NCBI RefSeq assembly: GCF_000092465.1 | Contig: NC_014205.1 | Location: 420,001 to 452,000 of the forward strand | Reading direction: 5' to 3' | Source of the DNA: Staphylothermus hellenicus DSM 12710 | GTDB lineage: Archaea; Thermoproteota; Thermoprotei_A; Sulfolobales; Desulfurococcaceae | Length of the DNA: 32,000 nucleotides | Shown: positions 9,075-16,892 of the stretch, piece by piece | How positions within the stretch are numbered: the stretch's first letter is position 1 | How the letters are laid out: the number at the start of each line of letters is the position of its first letter | The notes under the pieces: generated by a model | Seen by the model: only the letters and a program-made list of their open reading frames with translations | Databases searched by the model: none | What the model was told of the DNA's origin: nothing | Translations under genes and position numbers: made by a program

Positions 9075-10358
9075 TTGGTGGTTAAGAAGTTATTATATCT
9101 TGTCTTGGATGGTATGGCTGATAGACTAAGTGATCCAGTTACTACGTTGGATATTGCTGTGAAGCCTGGATTAGACCATATTGCCCGTAATGGTGTTTGT
9201 GGTTTAATGTTTACTGTTGGAAAGGGTGTTGCTCCTGAAAGTGATGAAGCAGTTATATCTATTCTTGGATATAATCCTCACGAAGTATATCCTGGTAGAG
9301 GAGTTATTGAAGCGGTTGGTGCTGGGCTAAGTATTAGGGAGGGTTACGAGGTTGCTTTTAGAGCAAATTTCGCAACAGTTGATCCAGCGACTAAGAAGTT
9401 GATTGATAGGAGGGTTGGGAGAAGCTTATCTACCGAAGAAGCCCACGAGCTTGCTAAGGCTGTTGACGGTCTTGATCTCGGAAAATATGGTGGATATGCA
9501 AGGGTTAAGGCTACAATTGGTCATCGAGCAGTAGTTGTTATCGGCAGCGATAAATATAGGTTGAGCCCCTATGTTAGCAATAGTGATCCAGCATATTCTC
9601 GTAAAGGATTATTAAGCGTTGCAGTTAAAGAGTATGAACCATATATTAAACCTGTTGAGCCCATCGAGGACACAGATGAAGCTAGGAGAACTGCTGAGCT
9701 AGCAAATATTTTCACGGAAAAAGCAATTGAAATACTAGATAAACACCCAGTAAATATTAAGAGGAGAGAGAAAGGTTTACTGCCTGGAAACGCTATTCTA
9801 CTCCGAGACGCTGGAGGAACACTTCCCAAAACAACCCCGTTACCTGAGAAATACGGTTTAAAATTCGCAGTCTTAGCTGAAATGCCTGTAGAGATAGGTA
9901 TTGGCAGAATATTTGGAGCAGACACAATAGCGTTAGAACCACCAATAGGAGATCCCAGTGAAGTATATAGTATTAGACTCGAAAAATCACTTGAAGCACT
10001 CAAAAAATACAATATAGTATATGTTCACCTAAAAGGACCCGATGAACCAGGACATGATAGAAACAAAGAGTTGAAGAAGAAGAAAATAGAAGAGATAGAT
10101 AAATACTTTGTCCAGCCATTCCTAGAAAAAATGAGCAGCGACACAGCAATACTAGTAACAGCAGACCACGCAACACCACCATCAATAGGAGCACACACAG
10201 ACGACCCAGTCCCAATAGCAGTCATGGCAGAAACAATACAACCAGACCAAACAACAAAACTAACAGAGAAAGAATGCAGCAAAGGAAAACTAGGAATAAT
10301 AGAGCATGGATGGGAAATGCTGCCAAAAATCATAAAACTATTAAACCTACACCCATAA
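9075..10358 (+). CDS. apgM: 2,3-bisphosphoglycerate-independent phosphoglycerate mutase, archaeal type
   Basis: 427 aa with a TTG start in the track. N-terminal LYLVLDGMADR, C-terminal VTADHATP, and a length typical of archaeal ApgM. Confidence 0.85.
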   Translation: MVVKKLLYLVLDGMADRLSDPVTTLDIAVKPGLDHIARNGVCGLMFTVGKGVAPESDEAVISILGYNPHEVYPGRGVIEAVGAGLSIREGYEVAFRANFATVDPATKKLIDRRVGRSLSTEEAHELAKAVDGLDLGKYGGYARVKATIGHRAVVVIGSDKYRLSPYVSNSDPAYSRKGLLSVAVKEYEPYIKPVEPIEDTDEARRTAELANIFTEKAIEILDKHPVNIKRREKGLLPGNAILLRDAGGTLPKTTPLPEKYGLKFAVLAEMPVEIGIGRIFGADTIALEPPIGDPSEVYSIRLEKSLEALKKYNIVYVHLKGPDEPGHDRNKELKKKKIEEIDKYFVQPFLEKMSSDTAILVTADHATPPSIGAHTDDPVPIAVMAETIQPDQTTKLTEKECSKGKLGIIEHGWEMLPKIIKLLNLHP

Positions 10359-10622
10359 AACCCCTAACACACAAACACATAAAAATCAAAAAATTTCTAA
10401 ACCCAAAACAATAAAACAACATTAAATCCTATTTACTATTTCATTTCATTGATCAAAATAATTCGTAGCATTCCCCAACCCCATCTATGATAAAGCATTA
10501 AATACGTCTTCGTTTTTGAAATCACATATATAGTATTCCCTAGCTTAGAAAAGCATTCGATCGGTTTCTTCAATGTTTTATAGTTGTATATTTATATATT
10601 CTATCATAGTGGGTGATGTGTT

Positions 10623-11330
10623 ATGGGTATTGATTCGCTTATTGAGAAGCTTAGTGTTAAGGAGTTTGCTTCAATGATTGATCATACCTTGTTGAAGCCG
10701 AATGCTGATTATAAGTTGTTGGAGAAGTATGTTGAGGATACTAAGAGGTATGGGTTTGCAGTATTAATGCTTCCACCTAGTTTGCTGTTGAAGGCTCGCG
10801 AAATTGCTGGTAATACGATTAGGTTAGCTACTGTTATAGGTTTTCCGCTGGGAAACACCTTTGCTGGCGCCAAGGTTTTGGAGACTCGTTTAGCCAGTCA
10901 AGCTGGTGCTTCCGAGATTGATATGGTTATGAATATTAATTATTTTAAGAGCGGAGACTATGATCGTGTATTGGATGATATGAAGCACGTTGTATTGGAG
11001 GCTAGGAAAAACAATATTAGTATTGTTAAAGTCATTATTGAGACTGGATTATTAAGTGATGAAGAAAAAGTTAAAGCTACAGAACTCGTAGTTGAGAGCG
11101 GCGCAGACTATGTTAAGACTTCTACAGGGTTCTTAGCAGGTGGCGCCACAATACATGATGTAGCACTACTATATAGAGCTGCTAAGGGAAGAATAAAAGT
11201 TAAAGCTGCGGGAGGCATAAGACACGCACTAGACGCATTAGCAATGATTGATGCGGGAGCATCACGTATAGGGACAAGCACCGGAGACAAGATCATTGAG
11301 GAGTTCATAAAATTAAAGGAGGAAAAATAA
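10623..11330 (+). CDS. deoC: Deoxyribose-phosphate aldolase
   Basis: 235 aa. IDHTLLKP, EIDMV, and YVKTSTGF with the Schiff-base Lys context. GGTGAT-like SD upstream. Confidence 0.9.
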   Translation: MGIDSLIEKLSVKEFASMIDHTLLKPNADYKLLEKYVEDTKRYGFAVLMLPPSLLLKAREIAGNTIRLATVIGFPLGNTFAGAKVLETRLASQAGASEIDMVMNINYFKSGDYDRVLDDMKHVVLEARKNNISIVKVIIETGLLSDEEKVKATELVVESGADYVKTSTGFLAGGATIHDVALLYRAAKGRIKVKAAGGIRHALDALAMIDAGASRIGTSTGDKIIEEFIKLKEEK

Positions 11331-11510
11331 ATTCATCAAAAATTTTTAAAGACTACCCGTTTATTTAAGCATCAAGATAATTTCTGGTTTTGAAAACTTT
11401 AGAATGAAAACACTGTATAAAAGAAGGGTGCTTATACGAAACATTATTGAGGAAACCAGTAGGATTATATAGGGTAAAGAATAGTTTTGTTTTTTGTGGT
11501 GGAAAATAAT

Positions 11511-12638
11511 ATGTTGTCTAATAAGATATCTATATTATTATTTCTAGGAATAATATTAGCACTAATCCCTATTGGCGCTGTACAACCTGTTGTTAGCGGT
11601 GAGGATTTAAGCTATTATGTTAAATACTTGTTCACCCTCGACATATTTACTAATGTTAATTTTTCTATGCACACCGAAATGATCATTCTCTACAATTCAA
11701 CAATGGCTTCTCAAGACACCATACATGTAACGATTAGTATTGAGAAGATCTCGGCTTCTCTAGTATCAGGAACATCTACAACGACAACCACAATTTCACC
11801 TAGTGGATCGGGTGGAGAAACTGAGAAGCTAGAGTATAGTGTGGATATAGGTTTGGATAATCACTATAAGAGCTCATTTAGTGGAGGAGAAGCATTGAGA
11901 ACAGTATCTACAATCACCAATATACCTTTAAGTGGGATGACAGCATATTATAACATCTCATATCTCGGCATGGATACTTATAATGGATTACCAGTGTATA
12001 AGTATAAAGTCTCAATGAATACAAGTGATCAGGATAGAATATTCGAAGCAGAGGGAGAAACATATCTGCACATAGGGACTCTGCAACCACTATACATGTA
12101 TTTAAACATGAACATAGAAGGGGCTGATTCTTCAGGCACACTAACATATAAGCTTGAAACACTCGAAACAAATCTCCCTGCCAAAGCTACTGGTTTAGAA
12201 GAGGATCTAGGTAAAGCTGAAATATTAGCTGGAGGATTACCTGGAGCGAACATAGTTGTTAAGGGGCAGAAGGGATCTACAACTATAAATGTTACTAATA
12301 ATGGTGATAGCCCTGGCTATCTCATCTTAATCTATAAGAATAAAGAGTTGAGCTTATCAACAATACCTGTTGAACAGAAAAGCCCTTATAACATATTAGC
12401 TGTTAAGCCTGGGGAATCAAAAACTATTGATTTAGGATTCATACTTGATAAAGACATACATATTGCTACTGAACAAATTAGTCCAAGCATTGACTGGGGA
12501 ATAATAATACTGTTATCAATTGTAGCGGCTCTCGTTGCTGGTGTAATCTATGCACTACATAGATCAGTTAATAAGTTGAAGAAACTTAAAAGCATGACTA
12601 ACGAAGGTACCCCGCCATCAGAAATCCCTACCCAATAA
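11511..12638 (+). CDS. Secreted, C-terminally membrane-anchored surface protein (unknown function)
   Basis: The track ORF starts at 11487 (TTG). The first ATG, at 11511, gives a classic signal peptide MLSNKISILLFLGIILALIPIGA. A Thr-rich linker GTSTTTTTISPSG, a C-terminal TM helix WGIIILLSIVAALVAGVIYAL and a basic tail follow. Confidence 0.6.
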   Translation: MLSNKISILLFLGIILALIPIGAVQPVVSGEDLSYYVKYLFTLDIFTNVNFSMHTEMIILYNSTMASQDTIHVTISIEKISASLVSGTSTTTTTISPSGSGGETEKLEYSVDIGLDNHYKSSFSGGEALRTVSTITNIPLSGMTAYYNISYLGMDTYNGLPVYKYKVSMNTSDQDRIFEAEGETYLHIGTLQPLYMYLNMNIEGADSSGTLTYKLETLETNLPAKATGLEEDLGKAEILAGGLPGANIVVKGQKGSTTINVTNNGDSPGYLILIYKNKELSLSTIPVEQKSPYNILAVKPGESKTIDLGFILDKDIHIATEQISPSIDWGIIILLSIVAALVAGVIYALHRSVNKLKKLKSMTNEGTPPSEIPTQ

Positions 12639-12642
12639 TTGC

Positions 12643-12800
12643 TTTTTAATTCTTTCTATGTTGCTACTTATATAATGTATTGTTGAATAGGTATTATAGG
12701 AAATTGAACCTTCAATTCTTTCTATGTTGTTACCCAATCAAACCCAAACCTATCAAACTACACTTGAACAATATACCTTCAATTCTTTCTATGTTGTTAC
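12643..12800 (-). CRISPR. Mini CRISPR array: 3 repeats of 25 nt, 2 spacers (41 and 42 nt)
   Basis: Plus-strand copies of CCTTCAATTCTTTCTATGTTGTTAC lie at 12709-12733 and 12776-12800 (identical, period 67). A degenerate copy TTTTTAATTCTTTCTATGTTGCTAC lies at 12643-12667 (4 mismatches). The reverse complement GTAACAACATAGAAAGAATTGAAGG ends in the archaeal 8-nt handle-type sequence ATTGAAGG. The array is therefore read from the minus strand, and the degenerate repeat sits at the trailer end. Confidence 0.75.
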
Positions 12801-13047
12801 TTTGGTTCGAATACATTGTTACACTTTTATTTTTTCTTCGAAGAAGTATATATGGTTTTCTATATTTGGTCCCTTGGTTGATCGTGTTCGACTGATTATC
12901 TATAGACTTAATAGTATCGCTGAGGTATTGATTGGTTTGTATAATGATAAGTGTTCGATTATATATCTACTGGTTTATGGGTAAGATTTCTATATTATTT
13001 CTTGTTTATTATTATTTGGTGGTGTAATTGCTGAGGTTATCTGGATG
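12801..13047. promoter_or_regulatory. AT-rich leader-like region between oppositely oriented CRISPR repeats
   Basis: A 247-bp non-coding stretch bounded by the minus-oriented array (ends 12800) and a plus-oriented repeat (starts 13048). Internal recurring motifs: GTTCGA three times (about 12806, 12886, 12954) and GCTGAGGT twice (12921 and 13031). The track ORFs here (12680-12895, 12724-12984) are low-complexity artefacts. Confidence 0.4.
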
Positions 13048-13072
13048 GTAGCAACATAGAAAGAATTGAAGG
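13048..13072 (+). repeat. Single CRISPR repeat copy in plus orientation, immediately upstream of cas6
   Basis: GTAGCAACATAGAAAGAATTGAAGG matches the array consensus (reverse complement) at 24/25. It ends 11 nt before the first in-frame ATG of cas6 (13084). Confidence 0.7.
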
Positions 13073-13083
13073 GGTGTTTATGT

Positions 13084-13983
13084 ATGCTTGTAACTGATAT
13101 TATTGGTTCGAGGCTTCTCTACTCAGCTTCTCCTAGAACGTATTATAAAGCACATATTGTATTACAGGTAAAGGGGGAAGCTGTTCTTCCCCCCTATACT
13201 GGTAAAGTTGTTAAGACTCTTCTAATCAGTGCAGAACCTGGTTTGGAAGATGTTTTCTCAGCAAATTATAATCCTAAACCAATAGCTATATCTACACTTG
13301 CTAAACGGGTTAATAATAAGTATTTGTATTTGTGGAAGAAGAGTGGTAGTGATGTTGTTTTAAAAGTTGATCCTGGAGATATTGTTGAGTTCTGGACTGG
13401 TTTCACAGAGGATATTGCTTCTAAAATGGTTGAGGCATTAACTGGTCTTGATGGTTTAGAGCTTTTCAATACTAAGTGGTCTTTGCTTGAATACAATATT
13501 GAATCATATAAGCTTCCGGCAAAGCCTGAAGAGGTACCGCTTGATTATCGTTTAGATGATGCTGTAGCTGTGAAGGTTGAGTTTAGAACTCCAGCACTTC
13601 TCCTAGACCCTTATAAGAAGACTATATATAAGAGGTTTCTGCCCACGCCTGGAAATGTTTTCTCATACAACATAGGTGATCTGTTGAGGCTTACACGTGA
13701 TAAAGAATATATTGAGGTAGTTATTCTAGTGAATGCATTACTCAATGAAACATATACGGTGCTGAAAACAGTTAAGCCTGTAAAGTATGTTTATGGAAAA
13801 AAGTCTCTACCAGGAATAGTAGGTTATGCAAAATACATGATAGACTGGGATCTCCTAGTTGAGACCAAAGCTAAGCATTTACTAGAAAACCTATTATTAC
13901 ACGCATCAATAATGGGTATAGGAACAAGTAGAGCAAACGGTTTTGGACACGTAACAATAAAGGTGATACAATCCAATGAGTAA
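13084..13983 (+). CDS. cas6: Cas6 CRISPR-repeat endoribonuclease (stand-alone)
   Basis: About 300 aa. The C-terminal glycine-rich loop GIGTSRANGFGHVTIKV (GxGxxxxxGxG type) and two-RRM-size protein are typical of Cas6, and it sits next to the array. The track starts the ORF at a TTG (13066) inside the repeat. I prefer the ATG at 13084. Confidence 0.75.
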   Translation: MLVTDIIGSRLLYSASPRTYYKAHIVLQVKGEAVLPPYTGKVVKTLLISAEPGLEDVFSANYNPKPIAISTLAKRVNNKYLYLWKKSGSDVVLKVDPGDIVEFWTGFTEDIASKMVEALTGLDGLELFNTKWSLLEYNIESYKLPAKPEEVPLDYRLDDAVAVKVEFRTPALLLDPYKKTIYKRFLPTPGNVFSYNIGDLLRLTRDKEYIEVVILVNALLNETYTVLKTVKPVKYVYGKKSLPGIVGYAKYMIDWDLLVETKAKHLLENLLLHASIMGIGTSRANGFGHVTIKVIQSNE

Positions 13984-14188
13984 GGAAAAAGATGTAGCAG
14001 AACTATTGGATGAAGCAATAGATCTTGTAGACAAAATAGAATCCTTCCTAACACGAATAAAACCAAACGAGAAAATAGAGCAAGGACTAGTTTTCCAAAT
14101 ATATCAAAACATAGTTTTCCTAAGAGAAAAAATAGTCGAAGCCAGAATGAAAACCCTTAACAAAACAAATAAAAAGGAATTGACTTAA
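13976..14188 (+). CDS. Small helical protein of unknown function, overlapping the cas6 stop
   Basis: 70 aa. Its ATG lies inside the last cas6 codons (AATGAGTAA, 8-nt overlap), suggesting translational coupling. Predicted all-helical and charged. Confidence 0.45.
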   Translation: MSKEKDVAELLDEAIDLVDKIESFLTRIKPNEKIEQGLVFQIYQNIVFLREKIVEARMKTLNKTNKKELT

Positions 14189-14352
14189 TGGAATAAGTCG
14201 TATTTGAAAAATATTGAGTTCTTAAGAGATATTTGCGTTTTATGGCTCATTCACTACTTTATTCAAAGCCTTTAATGTTTAGGTTTTTATTTTAGCCGAA
14301 TTAAGACTTTCATTAAAACTTATTGATATTTATCCAGATTATTTTACTTAGT

Positions 14353-14808
14353 TCAGTCTAGTTGTTCGGGAGCTATAATATTGTTTCTTGGTAGATTATG
14401 TTTTTCTATAAAATCTATAAGTTTTTCATCAACTGTTAGGAGTAGTAGCTTTCTTGATAAGGCTATTGAGTATAGTAGATTATCAATCATGTCTCGATGA
14501 CCTAGTCTATACATGTATACAGCGTTATTTATGGCATTATCATCTATTGATGCATGATTAATTGTTTCAAAAATCGATCTAATCCCCTGCCTAATACGTA
14601 AAACTTCTTCCTCTTCTCCTCTAATTACCTTTACTATTTTCCATAGAGCTTCAAGTATGCTTATCTCATTATAGTAGAGCTGATAAGAACCTAGCTTATA
14701 AAATGCTTTCATTATTCTCTCCGATGTTTCAAAGCCTAGTATAGGTAGCAGAAACGAGGTATCAAGAAGTATTCTTTTATTGTCTCCTATAGATTTTTTC
14801 TTGTTCAA
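14353..14808 (-). CDS. vapC: PIN-domain ribonuclease toxin
   Basis: 151 aa. The N-terminal ILLDTSFLL acidic-residue motif and size fit a PIN domain. It overlaps the upstream antitoxin gene by 32 nt. Confidence 0.8.
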   Translation of the reverse strand: MNKKKSIGDNKRILLDTSFLLPILGFETSERIMKAFYKLGSYQLYYNEISILEALWKIVKVIRGEEEEVLRIRQGIRSIFETINHASIDDNAINNAVYMYRLGHRDMIDNLLYSIALSRKLLLLTVDEKLIDFIEKHNLPRNNIIAPEQLD

Positions 14809-15028
14809 GAATACTCTCCTCCTCTAGTTCCTCAGGCATTATCCTACCTATCTTTTTACCATGTATAGCAAGCCATACAGCATCTCTTATTGGTTCAATC
14901 ACGATCCTGTCTCCAACAGCCATTATTCTAATCCTCTGACCTTCACGTATCTTAACAGCTTCGGCAACAGCCTTAGGTATAACAATAACCCTTTTCTTAC
15001 CCACCTTAGTCTCTACAACAACACTCAT
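14777..15028 (-). CDS. vapB: AbrB/SpoVT-family antitoxin
   Basis: 83 aa. The swapped-hairpin pattern KRVIVIPKAVAEAVKIREGQRIRIMAVGDRIVIEPI is typical of AbrB/MazE/SpoVT antitoxins. Confidence 0.85.
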   Translation of the reverse strand: MSVVVETKVGKKRVIVIPKAVAEAVKIREGQRIRIMAVGDRIVIEPIRDAVWLAIHGKKIGRIMPEELEEESILEQEKIYRRQ

Positions 15029-15502
15029 AAGTTCTCACCATTTAATCATATTCTAACCAGTACTATAAAGCTTAACCATCATAAAAATATCTAACGATCC
15101 AGAGATCTCTAATCCAAGAATTCTCAACAGACCACCCTACAATTTCAAATAAATTAATAGAAGACTATTCACCCACAAGACTATTACGGGAAGCTATTGA
15201 AAATTATTTAGAGAATATATTTTACCAGCCTAGCTCTACTTTATAGATCCCTCTATGGCATAATGGTTTGGAAAACGTGGAGTAAGGGTTAGTGGTTGAT
15301 GCGGAGCTATAATAATCCTTCAATAAAGGAACGAAAACACCTACCTAAGAGGGGAGGAGTCTGTGTAAAATAATACTCTAAATAGCTATACAAGAATTTA
15401 TTGCTCTCTCATGATTTCGTGAATTAAGCATTTATTTTTGAGCTACATATAATGGAGTATTTTTTCCCATCAAATCTGCTTCGTCTAATGCTTCTGGTGC
15501 TT

Positions 15503-15733
15503 TTATGGACTTAGAAATGTTCCAGCAATAGCTGTATTTGAAGAAAGAATGTGGTTGATCAGAACAGTGGTTGGGAGGAGAAATAATTTTTGATTAGTTG
15601 GGTAAAAAAATGTTTTAGGTAGGCTCTTATATTGTTGCGGACAGGTAGTATTTTCTCCATTGTGAACACATTTTTCTAAATCTCGTAGTTGGGCCAGCAC
15701 TTGTTTTAGTTCTTGTTTTACAAGCTGCTTCAT
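15503..15733 (-). CDS. Hypothetical small ORF (doubtful)
   Basis: 76-aa ORF with a helical N-terminus and a low-complexity remainder. It lies in a region that looks like decayed DNA. No motif recognised. Confidence 0.2.
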   Translation of the reverse strand: MKQLVKQELKQVLAQLRDLEKCVHNGENTTCPQQYKSLPKTFFYPTNQKLFLLPTTVLINHILSSNTAIAGTFLSP

Positions 15734-15806
15734 AATCTAATACTATTAGCAAGTAAGTGTTCTTTATTTAATTCTTGGTTGATCTTGTTCGAGCAGTCTT
15801 CTATAG

Positions 15807-15831
15807 GTAACAACATAAAGAGAATTGAAAG
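15807..15831 (+). repeat. Solo degenerate CRISPR repeat with adjoining leader-like sequence
   Basis: GTAACAACATAAAGAGAATTGAAAG matches the repeat consensus at 22/25. The 33 nt just upstream (15774-15806) match 12873-12905 in the leader-like region at 26/33. Confidence 0.6.
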
Positions 15832-16102
15832 ATGATGAGAGAAGGAGGTTAGTCGATGAATTAATTGAAAAAGCGGGGATTAGATGAAACAGGAAGATAG
15901 AAATCAATGATGATGTACTTGATAAGATAGACAGTTTAATAATAGGATAGGGGATTGAGGATACATAAAAATATAAAGCAAAAGCATATACAACATATTA
16001 ATGAGAGTGGGTGTTGTTGTTCGTGGATAATATGATCTCATCAGCGGCCTCCCAATTATCCAGTATTACCCTAAATTTTACTAATATAGCTGCAACTGGA
16101 GT

Positions 16103-16507
16103 ATGGATTTTTATGCTATCTTTTCTACCGCTATTCTATTAGCAGTTGGAGTATACCTACCGAATAAGCGGGGTAAAGTGATCCAGGAAGTCGCATATTT
16201 TTTATTCTTCAGCGAGATACTTTTAATAGAGGGCTCTCTTATCCCTTATATAGGAAAATGGGCAGAATCTAATGCCATATTGTTCTGCCTATTCTATATA
16301 ATACTGTCCTTCATATTCATCATCGTCTTTTTAAATAAGTTTGGAAAAGATATTTTAAAGGGATTCGGATTTAATGAATCCGGATCTTTGATTATAATTA
16401 TAATAATTGCCCTCTATGCTATTACAATGCCAGTTGGCGGTGTATTACTAGCTTTTTTGCATATTGCATATGGGAACTCGCCGCGGTCTCTATCGCTATT
16501 TACATAG
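16103..16507 (+). CDS. Small polytopic membrane protein (about 4 TM), first gene of the kinase-1 operon
   Basis: 134 aa with four hydrophobic segments. Gaps to the following genes are 21-28 nt. Confidence 0.55.
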   Translation: MDFYAIFSTAILLAVGVYLPNKRGKVIQEVAYFLFFSEILLIEGSLIPYIGKWAESNAILFCLFYIILSFIFIIVFLNKFGKDILKGFGFNESGSLIIIIIIALYAITMPVGGVLLAFLHIAYGNSPRSLSLFT

Positions 16508-16528
16508 ACCTTGGATTAAGAAGAATGA

Positions 16529-16864
16529 TTGAAAAGACTGTTGAAAAGATGGGGGAGAGGGACAAGGAAGATCATCGAATCTAAGATGAGAATAGATGAA
16601 GAATATAAGAAATCAGTAGGGATTATAATCGATGATGCTAAAACAATTGCAGAGCATGATCTAAAGACCGCCAAACACAAGCTACTAGATCTGCGGAAAA
16701 CCCCTCTTTACAAATCACTAAATGGAGAAGAGAGGGATACATTAGACAACCTGATTTTAGAAGCAATAGAAGTGAGACGAAGACATGATTTTAACGAAAT
16801 AGCTGAAACAATCGAAGAACGTATTAAAGAACTATGGAAAAGACACCAAAAAACAGGTAGTTAA
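16529..16864 (+). CDS. Helical cytoplasmic protein, unknown function
   Basis: 111 aa from a TTG. The first ATG is at 16586 (92 aa). Charged, helical. Confidence 0.5.
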   Translation: MKRLLKRWGRGTRKIIESKMRIDEEYKKSVGIIIDDAKTIAEHDLKTAKHKLLDLRKTPLYKSLNGEERDTLDNLILEAIEVRRRHDFNEIAETIEERIKELWKRHQKTGS

Positions 16865-16892
16865 AGTTAAAGAAGCTTTCCTATATATAATT

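Noticed and set aside
9569-10333. Three antisense ORFs inside apgM (9569-10012, 10000-10215, 10025-10333)
   Set aside because: They lie opposite a well-supported gene. The extreme strand bias (few stop-forming triplets on the complement) explains the open frames, and the products are Ser/Leu-rich low complexity.
12643-12800. Reading the array on the plus strand
   Set aside because: Read on the plus strand, the repeat ends in ...GTTGTTAC and lacks the ATTGAAGG handle-type sequence at its 3' end. Minus-strand reading gives the conserved archaeal ...GAATTGAAGG end and puts the degenerate repeat at the trailer end.
12680-12984. Track ORFs 12680-12895 and 12724-12984 (71 and 86 aa, plus strand)
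   Set aside because: They run through the CRISPR repeats, spacers and AT-rich leader-like region. The translations are low-complexity hydrophobic strings, best explained as non-coding.
15860-15876. AATTGAAAAAG strings (also at about 29871-29881) as further degenerate CRISPR repeat ends
   Set aside because: Only the last ~10 nt resemble the repeat tail. The upstream 15 nt do not match and the spacing to the solo repeat is wrong.
15832-15915. Possible C/D box sRNA: AUGAUGA-like boxes at 15832-15838 and about 15907-15913, right after the solo repeat
   Set aside because: No CUGA D or D' boxes lie at the required spacing, and no terminal stem is present. The motif is expected by chance in this composition.
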